Of a stretch of DNA of 64,000 bases, positions 28,702-41,086 are shown one piece after another. Within the stretch, counting starts at the first letter, position 1. Each line of letters begins with the position of its first letter. Source of the DNA: Octopus vulgaris (taxonomy: Eukaryota); contig OX597834.1 in the NCBI GenBank assembly GCA_951406725.2, positions 42,904,001 through 42,968,000 on the forward strand, read 5' to 3'. The notes under the pieces were generated by a model that was not told the origin of the DNA, searched no databases, and saw only the letters and a list, made by a program, of their open reading frames with translations. Both the position numbers and the translations under genes were made by a program.

Positions 28702-28982
28702 GAGACCCCGCTGAGAACCCCTTCGGTCATGACTGATCATGGGATTGCGCCTAGAAAGGTACTCTCCTAGTCAAAAGTCCGGTGTTAAAGGGAAAGGCAA
28801 AGGGGCCGATACAGCTTGGCACCTTTGACGTCGTAACTCATTTCTACAGCTGAGTGAACTGGAGCAAGGTGAAATAAAGTGTTTTGCTCAAGAACACAAC
28901 ACTCAGCCCGGTCAGGAATTCGAACTTACAACCTCACGATCGTAAGCTCGACTCTCTAACTACTAAGCCATGCGCCCTCACT
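28702..28982 (-). mobile_element. SINE (family D-type head, different tail) nested in the R4/Dong fragment
   Basis: Head GAGGGCGCATGGCTTAGTAGTTAGAG...GTTCGAATTCC; TSD CTATGGAAT (28693-28701) and CTATGGGAT (28984-28992). Confidence 0.88.
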
Positions 28983-29344
28983 GCTATGGGATAACAACAA
29001 AAAAATATGGTATAGGCACACGTTAGAAAAGGTCACAGAAAATGAGAAAACAGCCATATTCTGGGATATGCCAATACACACAGATAGAAAAATTAAGACC
29101 AATAGGCCGGATATAGTTGTCAGAGAGCACGAAGACAAAAATGCTTTCTAATCGATGTATCAATGCCAACAGATGACAATGTTTCTTTCAAAGAAACGGA
29201 GAAAATTTCGAAATACAACGATCTGGAAATAGAAGTAACTCGAATGTGGTGATTAAAAACAAACAATTCTTATGATAGCAGGTGCATTAGGTATGTTAAA
29301 AAACAACATTCAGACAAATAGATAACAAAAATACCACGACATAC

Positions 29345-29382
<38 letters not shown>

Positions 29383-29384
<2 letters not shown>

Positions 29385-29530
29385 CTCTCCTTGTTTTTTC
29401 TGTGTCCCTTTCTGTAGAAGAGCGTAGGCTCGAAACGTAAAAGACTTTTTCTATTCCTGAGCGTTATACTAATACATCTGTTTGTTTTGTACACCACCTC
29501 TCTTCGTCTTTTGCTTTTTTCGTAAACTCT

Positions 29531-29533
<3 letters not shown>
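29383..29533 (+). mobile_element. ~150-bp element inserted in (TA)n, carrying a hammerhead-like motif (29408-29443)
   Basis: CTTT CTGTAGA A GAGC GTAG GCTC GAAA CG TA AAAG; flanked on both sides by (TA)n; related to the 22921-23120 element (GAAGAGC..GCTCGAAACGT, TTCCTGAGCGT). The core has T where A6 is expected. Confidence 0.65.
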
Positions 29534-29566
<33 letters not shown>

Positions 29567-30489
29567 CATAGAGAAAATACCACCACTAGGCACCGTACAC
29601 ATCCTACGTAAACACTTTCAATACAATGAAAATTAGAACATCACAGCACATACCCAAGGCACACAAAACTGCGCTCGGTAGTGCAGTTAAAGCACGTGAT
29701 AATAATGAGTCTACTAAATGATAATAACAAACTGGTTCTATTAGTATTCTCATTTGTTGTAACCCAGTGTCCCACATGTATGTAGTTATTGTTGATATTG
29801 ACTGTAAAAAAATATGATTATCCGTGGGTAAAAGAAGGCAAGAAATGAATGAGAACTTGAAGAAAGAAAAGGGAAGTTGATGCACTCAGAGACATTGTCT
29901 GCGGTAACGAGACTCTTGCGTGCACGTGTCCCTTCCTGCTTCTCCTCATATCTTCAACCAATTATGGTCAGACCACGTCAATTAGATCATTTGTTTCCAA
30001 GCAAGCTTCTGGTGTTCCAACAAAAATCCCTTTCCCTCTCTGATATAATCGGAGTTATCGCTTATGACTCCAGGCTTTTCAGCTCACGTCTAACTCTGAT
30101 TATCAACCACCTCCTATTTCTTTTGGTGGATTTATTTAAATTTTCGCTTTTTTTTTTCTATTGTTCAACTATTTGCTTTTGTTTTTTTACATTTGTTTAT
30201 TTTGTTAATCCCCGACGAGAAAGAAAAGAACCTCGAACTTCTTTAATTAGCAGAATCTCGTTTACCATACGTCTGCAAAACAGACTGAACAATGCCGGAA
30301 CAGTAGAAGGAATTAATACACCATCACATATTCATACGCACGCGCACACGCGCACGCACACAGGCACGTGCACGAATAGACATTCAGTTGTTAAGCAATT
30401 TAATGACCCCCTACAACTTGAATTAATCTGTGATGTGGTTGAATATACAACAAACACACGTTTAAGTTAACTCAGCCTGAGACAGCGTA

Positions 30490-30547
<58 letters not shown>

Positions 30548-30828
30548 CATGTATGTATGTATGTATGTATGTATGTATATGTATATATATAGTTTAAATA
30601 CAATAATAAAATATACTAAACATATAATATATGTGGCCTATTAGCAATGAAAACCGAAAGACATATTAATAAATAATGGTACAAAAATAGTACCACCCTC
30701 TTTCTCGCAAGGGTGCGCCGTGACTCTCATCTCTCCTTATGAGATTTCTACTTCAGTAAGCAGGGAAATTATTTTTCCTTTTCTGTTTTGAAGCACATTT
30801 CCCTCTCTCTCTCTTTAAAAAAAAATTA

Positions 30829-31024
30829 CTCTCCTTTTCGTTCTGGCATTATTTCTAAGTGTACAATCTGTTTTAGTTTTTCTACTGCTGCTCCTTCGAG
30901 GCTCAATCTCTTTGGTTCCTGATACCTCAAACATGTCATGGCATACTTCCATTGGTATTTTCTTTCGTGTTTCAGTATGTAATCATTAATTGATTTAGGT
31001 GTCCTTGTGTTCCTAACGTTGTCC

Positions 31025-31027
<3 letters not shown>
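30829..31027 (-). pseudogene. Possible Penelope-like GIY-YIG endonuclease C-terminal fragment
   Basis: KSINDYILKHERKYQW...KRLSLEGAAV loosely matches the S..(D/E)H....H...W.........R..LE...I pattern; bounded by (TA)n and adjacent to a hammerhead palindrome. Similarity judged by eye only. Confidence 0.35.
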
Positions 31028-31077
<50 letters not shown>

Positions 31078-31096
31078 ACAAGGATATCCAACGTAG

Positions 31097-31184
31097 TGTA
31101 GTACAATCGTTTCATGCGACTTCATTTTATTAAACACTATAAGTATTACATCAGTTTTAAAATGTCGAGCAATCTTCAGCCACA
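31097..31184 (-). ncRNA. Type-I hammerhead motif (left palindrome arm)
   Basis: Minus strand: TGTGG CTGAAGA TTGC...GCAT GAAA CGATTG TA CTACA. Confidence 0.72.
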
Positions 31185-31322
31185 TATAGAATTTTTTAAT
31201 TAAATGGACAATGCACATTTTTATACTTAATTCATTTGCCAACATTACAAAGAGAGTAGTAATGTTGGAAAATGAAATAAGTATAAAATTGTGCATTGTC
31301 CATTTAATTAAAAAATTCTATA

Positions 31323-31410
31323 TGTGGCTGAAGATTGCTCGACATTTTAAAACTGATGTAATACTTACAGCGTTTAATAAAATGAAGTAGCTTGAAACGA
31401 TTGTACTACA
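31323..31410 (+). ncRNA. Type-I hammerhead motif (right palindrome arm)
   Basis: TGTGG CTGAAGA (31328-31334), 59-nt stem II hairpin (GCT/AGC, CATTTTA/TAAAATG, AAAC/GTTT, TGTAA/TTACA), GAAA 31394-31397, CGATTG, TA, CTACA. Confidence 0.72.
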
Positions 31411-32193
31411 CTTCCTCGGATATCCTTGTTGCTTATTTTGATTATAAGCACCTCATTTGATTTATATGGATAATACCATACAAAATTCTGGTCACTTTAA
31501 CTTAAGTACCATATTCATCTGAATCTGAATTTTACTGAACTTATATATATTTATACATTGATAAATACATACATTTATACATATATAGATACATATAGCC
31601 TTACTGATATTGGCACAAAACAAGAAAAAAGTGGGAGAAGTTTATCAATTTTATCCCATTTTGTTCTTCACTGGTGCTTTATTTCATCGAAACCCGATGA
31701 GAAGAAGACAATCAGCGTTTAGGTGAAATTAAAAAAGGAACAAATGGCGCGAGCCACTTTGTGATAGAAACAGCGATCAGTTGAAGAATTTCCCGATAAC
31801 CTGCCGTTTTAGTGCATCCACGAATTATTTGAAACCTCGTTAGAAATTAAGCAATAATTACTGATATAAAAATAATGAAGCCGTTCGCTTCTGACTATGA
31901 TCTTTGTACGTAATGGAACTTACTGGGTTCAGTTTTTAACGTTAAATTTTTCCATGACTGTCTAGTTTATAACAATAACACATTGATTAATGCCAAAAAA
32001 TGTAATTTTTATGACAATATCGTGATAATCTCTTTTCAATGAACTTAATACAAATACCATTGTTATCTTGATTACTATATTCTGATAGACAGACTTGGTG
32101 TATTTAATCTAGTCTACAGACATTTTACTTTTTCGTCTTTTGTTTTTGAATTGGATTTTTGATTCGTGTGTGCACATATATATATATACATAC

Positions 32194-32236
<43 letters not shown>

Positions 32237-32339
32237 CATATATATGCATATATATATATGATATATATGCATATATATATATACATATATTCGTATATGT
32301 ACATATACATTTGTATATATATATGTTTATATATGTATG

Positions 32340-32378
<39 letters not shown>

Positions 32379-32395
32379 ATATATGTTTATATATG

Positions 32396-32442
<47 letters not shown>

Positions 32443-33126
32443 TTATACATACATAAATACATATATAAATCCATTATTTAGATACATATATACATATATA
32501 CATACATACATATATATATGTATATACATAGACACATACATACGTACATTAAATACATCCATCCATCCATACATACATGCATACACGCATACGCATATAC
32601 GTATATATATACATATAGACACACACACATATATTTGGAGGCTGATTATTTTATTTTCACTTGTTTTTTATGTAATTTTTCTATTCGATTTCCATTATTT
32701 ATCGTAGCTGACAATTAAGAGAGAAATAATAACAAGTAAGGTAAATATTTCTCTTTGATTTAACCAACTAAGAAAATTGATGCAAATAATTACGATGAAA
32801 ATCTCTTTGAAAGATGGCAACTATACAAAATGTGACCCCGATGAGGCGTCTCCGGTCAAGTTTACAACATCTCTCTTGTTTCGACAATAGGTAATCACAT
32901 TCTGTTTTTCCAATCAAACAAACGCACGTGCAATAACACACACACACAATAGGACACACACACACACACAATAGGACACACACATACACACACACACTAA
33001 CAAGCACAGACATATTCACCGACACATGAACATACTCACACACAAATATATACATATACATACATATATATATATATTCTTACCATGTATTATCTATGTA
33101 TGTGTCTGAGTGTGTGTGTGTGTGTT

Positions 33127-33170
<44 letters not shown>

Positions 33171-33668
33171 AAGTACAATAAATATAGAAATCCTCGCATT
33201 ATTTCGTTTCGAATCTGACATTTGGTAATTTCACCTTCCAGAACAAAACATCCATAACATAAAAAAAAGCAAAAAAAAATTACGCCAACGTACACAACAA
33301 TATATATATATATATATAACAACTGCATACACAATGATATATCACGAACAATATACATACACAAAAAAATAACAATATATACAGTGACATACACTGAAAT
33401 ATATTAAGGAACTGACACAATAATATTAGTGACAACATGAAAAAAAAATTGCAACATTATAAACAACAATACTAACATCAATGTTAAAAAAAAACTAAAG
33501 CAGACGCAATTATGTTTAATTCGAAAGCGACAAATATACATACACGTACATTACATTGATACATACACATATACAAGCATATATATATATATATATATAT
33601 ATACATACACAGACACACATACATATATGTTCATATATATACATATATGTATTTATGTATATATATAT

Positions 33669-33753
<85 letters not shown>

Positions 33754-35143
33754 GATATATATATCTGCTGTATATGTATGTACATATGTTGGTGTGAATG
33801 CATGTATGAAAGGGCATAGATATCTATTTATGAATATACATGTAGAGAGGCGGATATTAAAATAATCTAATGAATGTAGAAGAATGGTGAATACAATGCC
33901 ACATGGATGTCCTCAATGGAAATCATGACTCACTTCACCCACAAGAGAATTGCTTCGGTTTCGTAGTTTCTCATCAAATTACTTGCCAAGAACATAAGCC
34001 TCATACACACATATTTGTACTCACCCACACACAAACACGCACATGCATGCATAAGTACGCACACACATACGTACACACACATACACATGTATACATACAC
34101 GTACATATATTTATATATGTACACGTGTGTGTCTGTCTGTGTGTATATGTATATATATATAGTTTACTCACTAAATATATATTCATGACTAAAGTTTCGA
34201 GTCACAACGATCTTTTGGCAGGAACTCTTACAACACCGCTTGGTGTCATATTTTTATTCGCTGTTACGGATGTGACCTTTTTTGTGTGGCTGTGAATTGG
34301 TTTTCGCTTTGTGATTCTGGGTTTGCTCTCATCTCTGTGCTTTTTCAAACCCGTTGTTTACTTTCCTGCAATATATTGACGTGAGTGCGTGATTTTGATC
34401 AGTTTTGCTCTATATTAATTGTGTTGAATACATTGGGTTCTATGATTAACCCTTCTTCATTTCCTAATGTAATCATAGTTGTTTGCTTTTTGATAAAGTT
34501 TGTGTTGTGGTGTATCCTATGCTGAATGTCAAATTAAGTACCAGTTACACACTGGGGTCGATGTAATCGACTTAATCTCTTTGTCTGTCCTTGTTGTTCC
34601 CCTGTATGTTTAGCCCTCTGTGAGCAATAAAGATATATATATATGTCCGAATCATATTGCTTATAGTTATAGATGTTGGGAACTACACTACAACTGTAGC
34701 CTACACCACATTTTTTTACTATACCACACTTTATTCTACTTTACATCTTCATCTTACACAACAACTGGGATTTGTTCCACGTGCAGCATAACTTCAATCA
34801 GCGTTAAATAGCAAGCTACAGCGAAATTTCAATGAACGCCACACAGTCAAGATTAAGTCGTCATCTTGGAGATATCGTCAACAGAAACTTGTGGTAACGC
34901 TATAAGAAATACTGCAGAAAATATGGCTGTGTGTGTTGATGCATTTAAGAATTTGTAAATTTTATGTTTAAAATAATGATCACTGAAGGAATTGGATATT
35001 CAATACAAGTATAGAGTTTAATATTTGATGTAAAAGAGTTCGGATTTTGAATAAACCACAGCCCCGAAAAGAGCACGAAGTTGTTGTCAATAAAGCTATC
35101 CCACGTGCATGTATAGATAGATAGATGGATAGATAGATGGATG

Positions 35144-35203
<60 letters not shown>

Positions 35204-35311
35204 CATACATACATACATACATACAGTTACGTGTCTATGCATGCATAAACACATGGACAGGATCATACACATATGCATACATATATATATACACACATAT
35301 ATTTTTTTTTC

Positions 35312-35516
35312 ACTCTAGGCACAAGGCCAGAAATTTGGGAGGAGGGGGACAGTCGATTAGATCAACCCAAGTACGTAACTGGTAATAAATTTATTGACCC
35401 CGAAAGGATGAAAAGCAAAGTCGACCTCGGCGGAATTTGAACTCAGAACGTAAAGACACACGAAATACCGCTAAGCATTTCGCCCGGTGTGCTAACGGTT
35501 CTGCCAACCCGCCGAC
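35312..35516 (-). mobile_element. SINE family B (tail type 2)
   Basis: ACTCTAGGCACAAGGCC...CCCGAAAGGATGAAAAGCAAAGTCGACCTCGGCGGAATTTGAACTC...CTGCCAACCCGCCG. Confidence 0.9.
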
Positions 35517-36501
35517 TTATACACACATACACATACTCACTCATACAAACGCTTACGCACACACATGTATATGTATTTTTGTGTGTGTATTTGTGTGTGT
35601 GTATGTGTGTGTATGTGTGTGTGTATGTATGTATATATGCCATCTCTCCTAGTTACCTGTAGTCTTAACTGGTTGAAACAAACTCTTGGTTTCGTTATTG
35701 GATTTTCTCTGGTTCTGGTGAAAATTGTATCGAATGTAATACCATATAATCTATTAGATATTATTAATTTCCTCCACGGCCTGTAGCGTCGCCTTCTTAA
35801 CGAAAATCAATATTAACACTTCAACAGTAATATTTTATCAGTTTCTCTTACGTACCTTTTTCGATTATTTTCTTTCATTTTATATTCTAACCTATCACCA
35901 TTCTTCTCTTGTAAATAATGCAATGTTGCTCCGAACAATGCTTTCTAATAGAGAATTAATTCTCCGCTTTGAACTTGGCATATTTCAAAAACGTACATAG
36001 ATACATATCTAAGGAATTCACTGCCTAGAAAGAACTTATATTTAGCGCATATAACTTTCAAAACTTACTTCATTTGGAACGTAAGTTGGCAAAACTGCCC
36101 GAGGATTTATCACCTCCTTGGCTAATTATTTTTTTGTCTGAACGAAATAATAGTAAAAGTAGTAGTAATAGTAGCAGCAGCAGCAGTAATTGTTGTATTA
36201 TTATTATTATTAGTTGTAGTAGTGGGTGTTGTTGTTGCTATTGTTGTTGTAATATTAATAATAATATTAATAATCTCTCCTCTGAGGTGACTCGAATTGT
36301 CGTGCTCCAAAATAGAATGTAGCTTGTAGTCAGTAGTAACACGGTTGGCTACTCATGAGGGCGGTGTAGACGTAGAGAGGAAGACAGGTAAAGAGGGGTG
36401 GAGAGAGAGAGAGATAGAAAGAGAGGGAGAGAGAAAACTCAGATGACCAAAAGACAATGGTGTATGTGTTTTAAGTATGCTAGTGTGTATATATATGTGT
36501 G

Positions 36502-36589
<88 letters not shown>

Positions 36590-36789
36590 TGTTTCTTTAA
36601 TAGCCACACAGGGCTGAACACAGAGGGGACAAATTACAAATTAGAGCTTTTCTTTTTGGGGAGAAAAAAAAATGAATATAAAGTGGGGGTAGGTTTTCGA
36701 TCAAAAGGGATCATGAAAAGAAAAAAAACGATCACTAGATCGATAGATATATGGATAGAAAGATAGATAGATAGATTCTTTAATTCATT

Positions 36790-37021
36790 TATTGTTTTAG
36801 TTGTTTCAGTTATTTGAGTGCGGCCATGCTGGAGTACCACCTTAAAGTCGGAGATATCAACACCAGGGCTCATTCTTTGCAAGACTAGTACTTACTCTTT
36901 CGGTCTCTTTTCCAGAACAGCTAAATTGCGGCAACATAAACACACCAGCATCGGTTGTCAAACTATGGCGGGGGTACAAACACAGACACGCTCACACACA
37001 CGCACATACGCACACATAAAG

Positions 37022-37092
<71 letters not shown>

Positions 37093-37223
37093 TAAGATGA
37101 GCTTCTTTCTGTTTCCGTCTACTAAATCTACTCACAAGGCTTTGTTGGGTTCGAGGCTATAATAGAAGGCAGTTGCCCAAGAGATTGAACCCGGAACCAT
37201 GTGATTGGGAAGCAAGATTCTTA

Positions 37224-37228
<5 letters not shown>
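36790..37228 (-). mobile_element. SINE family A, full length, diverged
   Basis: Tail, internal (TA)n and head homologous to 1366-1740. Confidence 0.85.
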
Positions 37229-37288
<60 letters not shown>

Positions 37289-37387
37289 CACACACATAAG
37301 ATATATGTTTGTGTGTGCGCATGTGTGTGTGTTTGTGCGTGCGTCTGTTTCTATGGACACATGCGAATACACACGTTTATGTACAAT

Positions 37388-37459
<72 letters not shown>

Positions 37460-37739
37460 AAGAGAGAGAGGTGGGGAAGTAGAAAGAAAAAACTAACAGA
37501 CCCAGAGAGTTGAGTGACCTACATGGAATATACTAAAATGAGATGTCTTTGAAAGATGGAAGAAATTAAGATATGAAGGAAGACACAGAATGTAATTTTT
37601 CTATATTTTCAAATTATGAATATTTATATTTGAAATTTTTACATTTTTTTTTTATTCTCCTCTTACTTTTTCTATTACCATAATATGGCCGATATTGTTC
37701 GGCTGAAATTATTTCCCTTGGGTGTAATAATTGGAAACA

Positions 37740-38050
37740 ATGCCACTTTATTAGTCTCAGAGCGATTATGCAGCATCCAAAGAAAGGCCATTCGATTGAT
37801 TGAAATGAAGTTTCTCACCAGCACACCCCAGTCTCTCATCTACAGACGTGTTATCTTATCTCTACTTTTTTCTGCCATTAATACAGTGGACTCTGCCTCT
37901 CTTCTCGAAGCTGGCTCGACTCGCGCTGCCTTCCCATTTATATTGCCACATTAAGTGTCCACTCCTTGGCTTCACAAAGACCATTGCATCAAATCCGCTG
38001 TCACTGGAACACCAAACCTCTGGAAATCGTTCGTTCCTTGCGTACAACTT
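37740..38050 (+). mobile_element. CR1/L2-group LINE 3' fragment
   Basis: LCSIQRKAIRLI...LTSTPQSLIYRR..LSL and a later TPNLWKS match the post-RT motifs L..IQ..A.R.I...L.PL..RR and T..LWN.LP. Confidence 0.65.
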
Positions 38051-38219
38051 CACTGTGGCCGCCATCTTTTAATCGTTCGAGTGGAAGGATAAAGCGTAGA
38101 CCCCCAGACGGGTAATAATACATATAGATAGAGACACAGGCACATATGCTTATGTGCATATGTGTATATATACATATAAAACTCTTCTAACGGATTGGCT
38201 AAGGACCACATATTCGTTC

Positions 38220-38836
38220 GTACTCTAGGCACAAGGCCCAAAATTTTTGGAGAGGGCATCAATCAATTTCATCAACGCCAGTACGCAACTGGTACTTAAT
38301 TTATCGGTCCCGAAAGGATTAAAGGTAAAGTCAACCACGGCGGAATTTGAACTCAGAACGTAAAAGGCAGACTAAATAACGCTAAACATTTTGCACGGCA
38401 TGCTAATGTTTCTAATTTCTTTATTGCACACAGAGGGGACAAACAAGGACAGACAAACGGATTAAGTCGATTATATCGACCCCAGTGCGTAACTGGTACT
38501 TATTTGATCGACCCCGAAATGATGAAAGACAAAGTCGACCCCGGCGGAATTTGAACCCAGAACGTAGCGGCAGACGAAATACCGCTAAGAAATTAACCCG
38601 GCGTGCTAATGCTTCTGCCAGTTCGCCGCCATTAAATACTATTTTCTTCTCTAGGCACAAGGCCCGAAATTTTTTTGGGAGATGGCCAGTCAATTAGTCC
38701 TACCACAGTACGCAACTGGTATTCAATTTATCGACCCCGAAAAGATGAAAGGTAAAGTTGACCTCAGTGGAATTTGAACTCAGAACCTAAACAACAGACG
38801 GAATATCGCTAAAAATTTTGTCAGCTCACCGCCCTT
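38220..38836 (-). mobile_element. Tandem array of three SINE family B units
   Basis: Three GAATTTGAAC.CAGAAC cores at ~38343, ~38547 and ~38770. Confidence 0.9.
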
Positions 38837-39167
38837 AACGGACCATATATTAATCCAATACTGAGAAATGGACTGTGGAGTGTCCATGCAGTTGAAATAC
38901 AGAAGATCCAGTCGTTTGAATTTTTGATGAGGAGGATATAAGCCATAAAATGTCATGAGGCATATTCGGAGTTTTTATGATTTTTATATACATATACATG
39001 TGTGTATGTGTGTGTGTGTGTGTGTGGGGGGGTGTGCATGTGTGTATGTGTGTATACATTAAGGAAAATAAAGTAGTTAGAAAGTAGGATAAAAATTATA
39101 TATTTAAAGCTTTTATCTATTTCGAGAGATTCATAATGAATGACATATATTTGTTGAAAATTCATAC

Positions 39168-39203
<36 letters not shown>

Positions 39204-39287
39204 AGTTGTAAAAAGCCTGGAGTTTCACTGGGAAGAGGATGTTTTGAGAGTGGTTGGAGTGTTTTTTGTCATTTTGAAACTATTTTG

Positions 39288-39314
39288 AATCATTATCATT
39301 ATCATCGTCATCAC

Positions 39315-39352
<38 letters not shown>

Positions 39353-40625
39353 CCATCATCATCATCACCATCATCATCATCATTCTCATCATCATCATCA
39401 TCATTATCATCATCATCATCATCATCACCATCACCATCAATATCATCATCATCATCCTCATCCTCACCATCACCATCACCATCACCATCATCAACATCAT
39501 CATCATCACATCATCACCACCATCACCATCACCATCATCATCATCATCATCATCTTCCTCATCACCTACGTCATCGCTATCATCATCAACGTCATCATCA
39601 CAATCACCATCATCATCACCGTCAACATCATCACCAACATCACCATCATCATTATCATCATCATCATCATCATCATCATCACCATCACCATCATCATCAT
39701 GATGATGATGATCATCATCATCATCACCATCATCGTCATCATCATCATCATCACCATCACCATCATCATCATGATCATCACCATCATCATCATCATCATC
39801 ATCATCCTCATCCTCACCATCACCATCACCATCACCATCATCAACATCATCATCATCACATCATCACCACCATCACCATCACCATCATCATCATCACCAT
39901 CACCATCATCATCATGATCATCATCATCATCACCATCATCATCACCATCATCATCACCATCATCATCATGATCATCTTCACCACCATCATCATCATCATG
40001 ATCATCATCATCATCATCACCACCATCATCATCATCATGATCATCACCATCACCATCATTATCTTCATCATCATCACCATCATCATCATCATCACCATGA
40101 TGATCACCATCATCATCATCATAATCATCATCATTGTCATCCTCATCATTGTCATCACCATCATCATCATCATCATCACCACTATCATGATCATCATGAT
40201 CATCATCACCATCACCACCATCATCATCATCATCATCGTCACAATCACCATTATCATCATCATCATCACCTCCATCATCATCATCATCATCACCATCATC
40301 ATCATCATCGTCATCATCATCATCATCATCATCACCATCACCATTATTATCATCATCATCATCATCACCATCATTATCTTCATCATCATCATCACCATCA
40401 CCATCATTATCATCATCATCATCATCACCATAATCATCATCATCATCATCATCACCATGATGATCACCATCATCATCATCATCATCATCATCCGTGCCAT
40501 CACCATCATTATCATCATCATCATCCTCATCCTCACCATCATCATCATCATCATCATCACCATGATGATCACCATCATCATCATCATCATCATCATCATC
40601 CGTGCCATCATTACTGCTGTCATCG
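39288..40625. repeat. ~1.3-kb degenerate (CAT/CAC)n array
   Basis: Read directly; source of the 210-364 aa low-complexity ORFs. Confidence 0.95.
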
Positions 40626-40912
40626 TTATCGTGTATACAAGCAATCATACATACACACATACATACTTATTTATATACACACACACATATACGTAAATAT
40701 TCTCTGAAATGTGTTACAGATAATAATTCATTGATAAATTGTTCCAAGTCAGATTTATGTTTACATGGATATTTATTGAGATTTAAATATTATTTTCCCA
40801 TTTCAATATTTACTTAAAATACACACACACAACTACATATACAATGGTACACAAATATATATATATATATATATATATAAATCTATATATATTCACATAT
40901 ACATTTACATAC

Positions 40913-40961
<49 letters not shown>

Positions 40962-40989
40962 TTTATTTTAAGCAGCAGAAAATTCAACA

Positions 40990-41035
40990 AAATCTGTTAC
41001 TCTGAGTTTCTCGTTGCCGTTCATCAGACAGTTTT
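40990..41035 (-). ncRNA. Minimal type-I hammerhead motif
   Basis: Minus strand: AAAACTGT CTGATGA A CG GCAA CG A GAAA CTC A GAG TA ACAGATTT; GNRA tetraloop on stem II, GUA triplet. Confidence 0.75.
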
Positions 41036-41043
41036 TTCTAGCA

Positions 41044-41086
41044 AAAACTGTCCGATGAACGGCAACGAAAACTCAAGTAACATTTT
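41044..41086 (+). ncRNA. Decayed hammerhead motif (right arm)
   Basis: AAAACTGT CCGATGA ACGGCAACG AAAA CTCAAG TA ACATTT; indels relative to the left arm. Confidence 0.45.

Larger units (their letters stand above)
28552..29706 (+). mobile_element. R4/Dong-type non-LTR retrotransposon 3' fragment (CCHC knuckle plus restriction-like endonuclease), pseudogenised and interrupted twice
   Basis: CDICGDGEETINHIVSGC...HRHDRV..YIHWKL (28552-28690); WDMPIHTDRKIKTNRPDIVV, CFLIDVSMP and EKISKYNDLEIEVTRMW (29000-29250); LGTVHILRK-like end near 29590; short (TAA)n tail near 29700. Stops and frameshifts present. Confidence 0.9.
31075..31432. mobile_element. ~358-bp palindrome (174-bp arms, 10-bp spacer), Penelope-like inverted pseudo-LTR arrangement
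   Basis: 31075-31248 is the near-perfect reverse complement of 31259-31432; starts at a (TA)n; each arm contains a hammerhead motif. Confidence 0.85.

Noticed and set aside
34184-34222. Minus-strand GAAACTTTAGTC half-hammerhead
   Set aside because: The 5' core reads CTGCCAA and stem I is not supported; at best a heavily decayed relic.
39566-40696. 364, 262 and 260 aa Asp-, Met- and Ile-rich ORFs
   Set aside because: They are reading frames of the (CAT)n array, open on both strands, with no splice or domain evidence.
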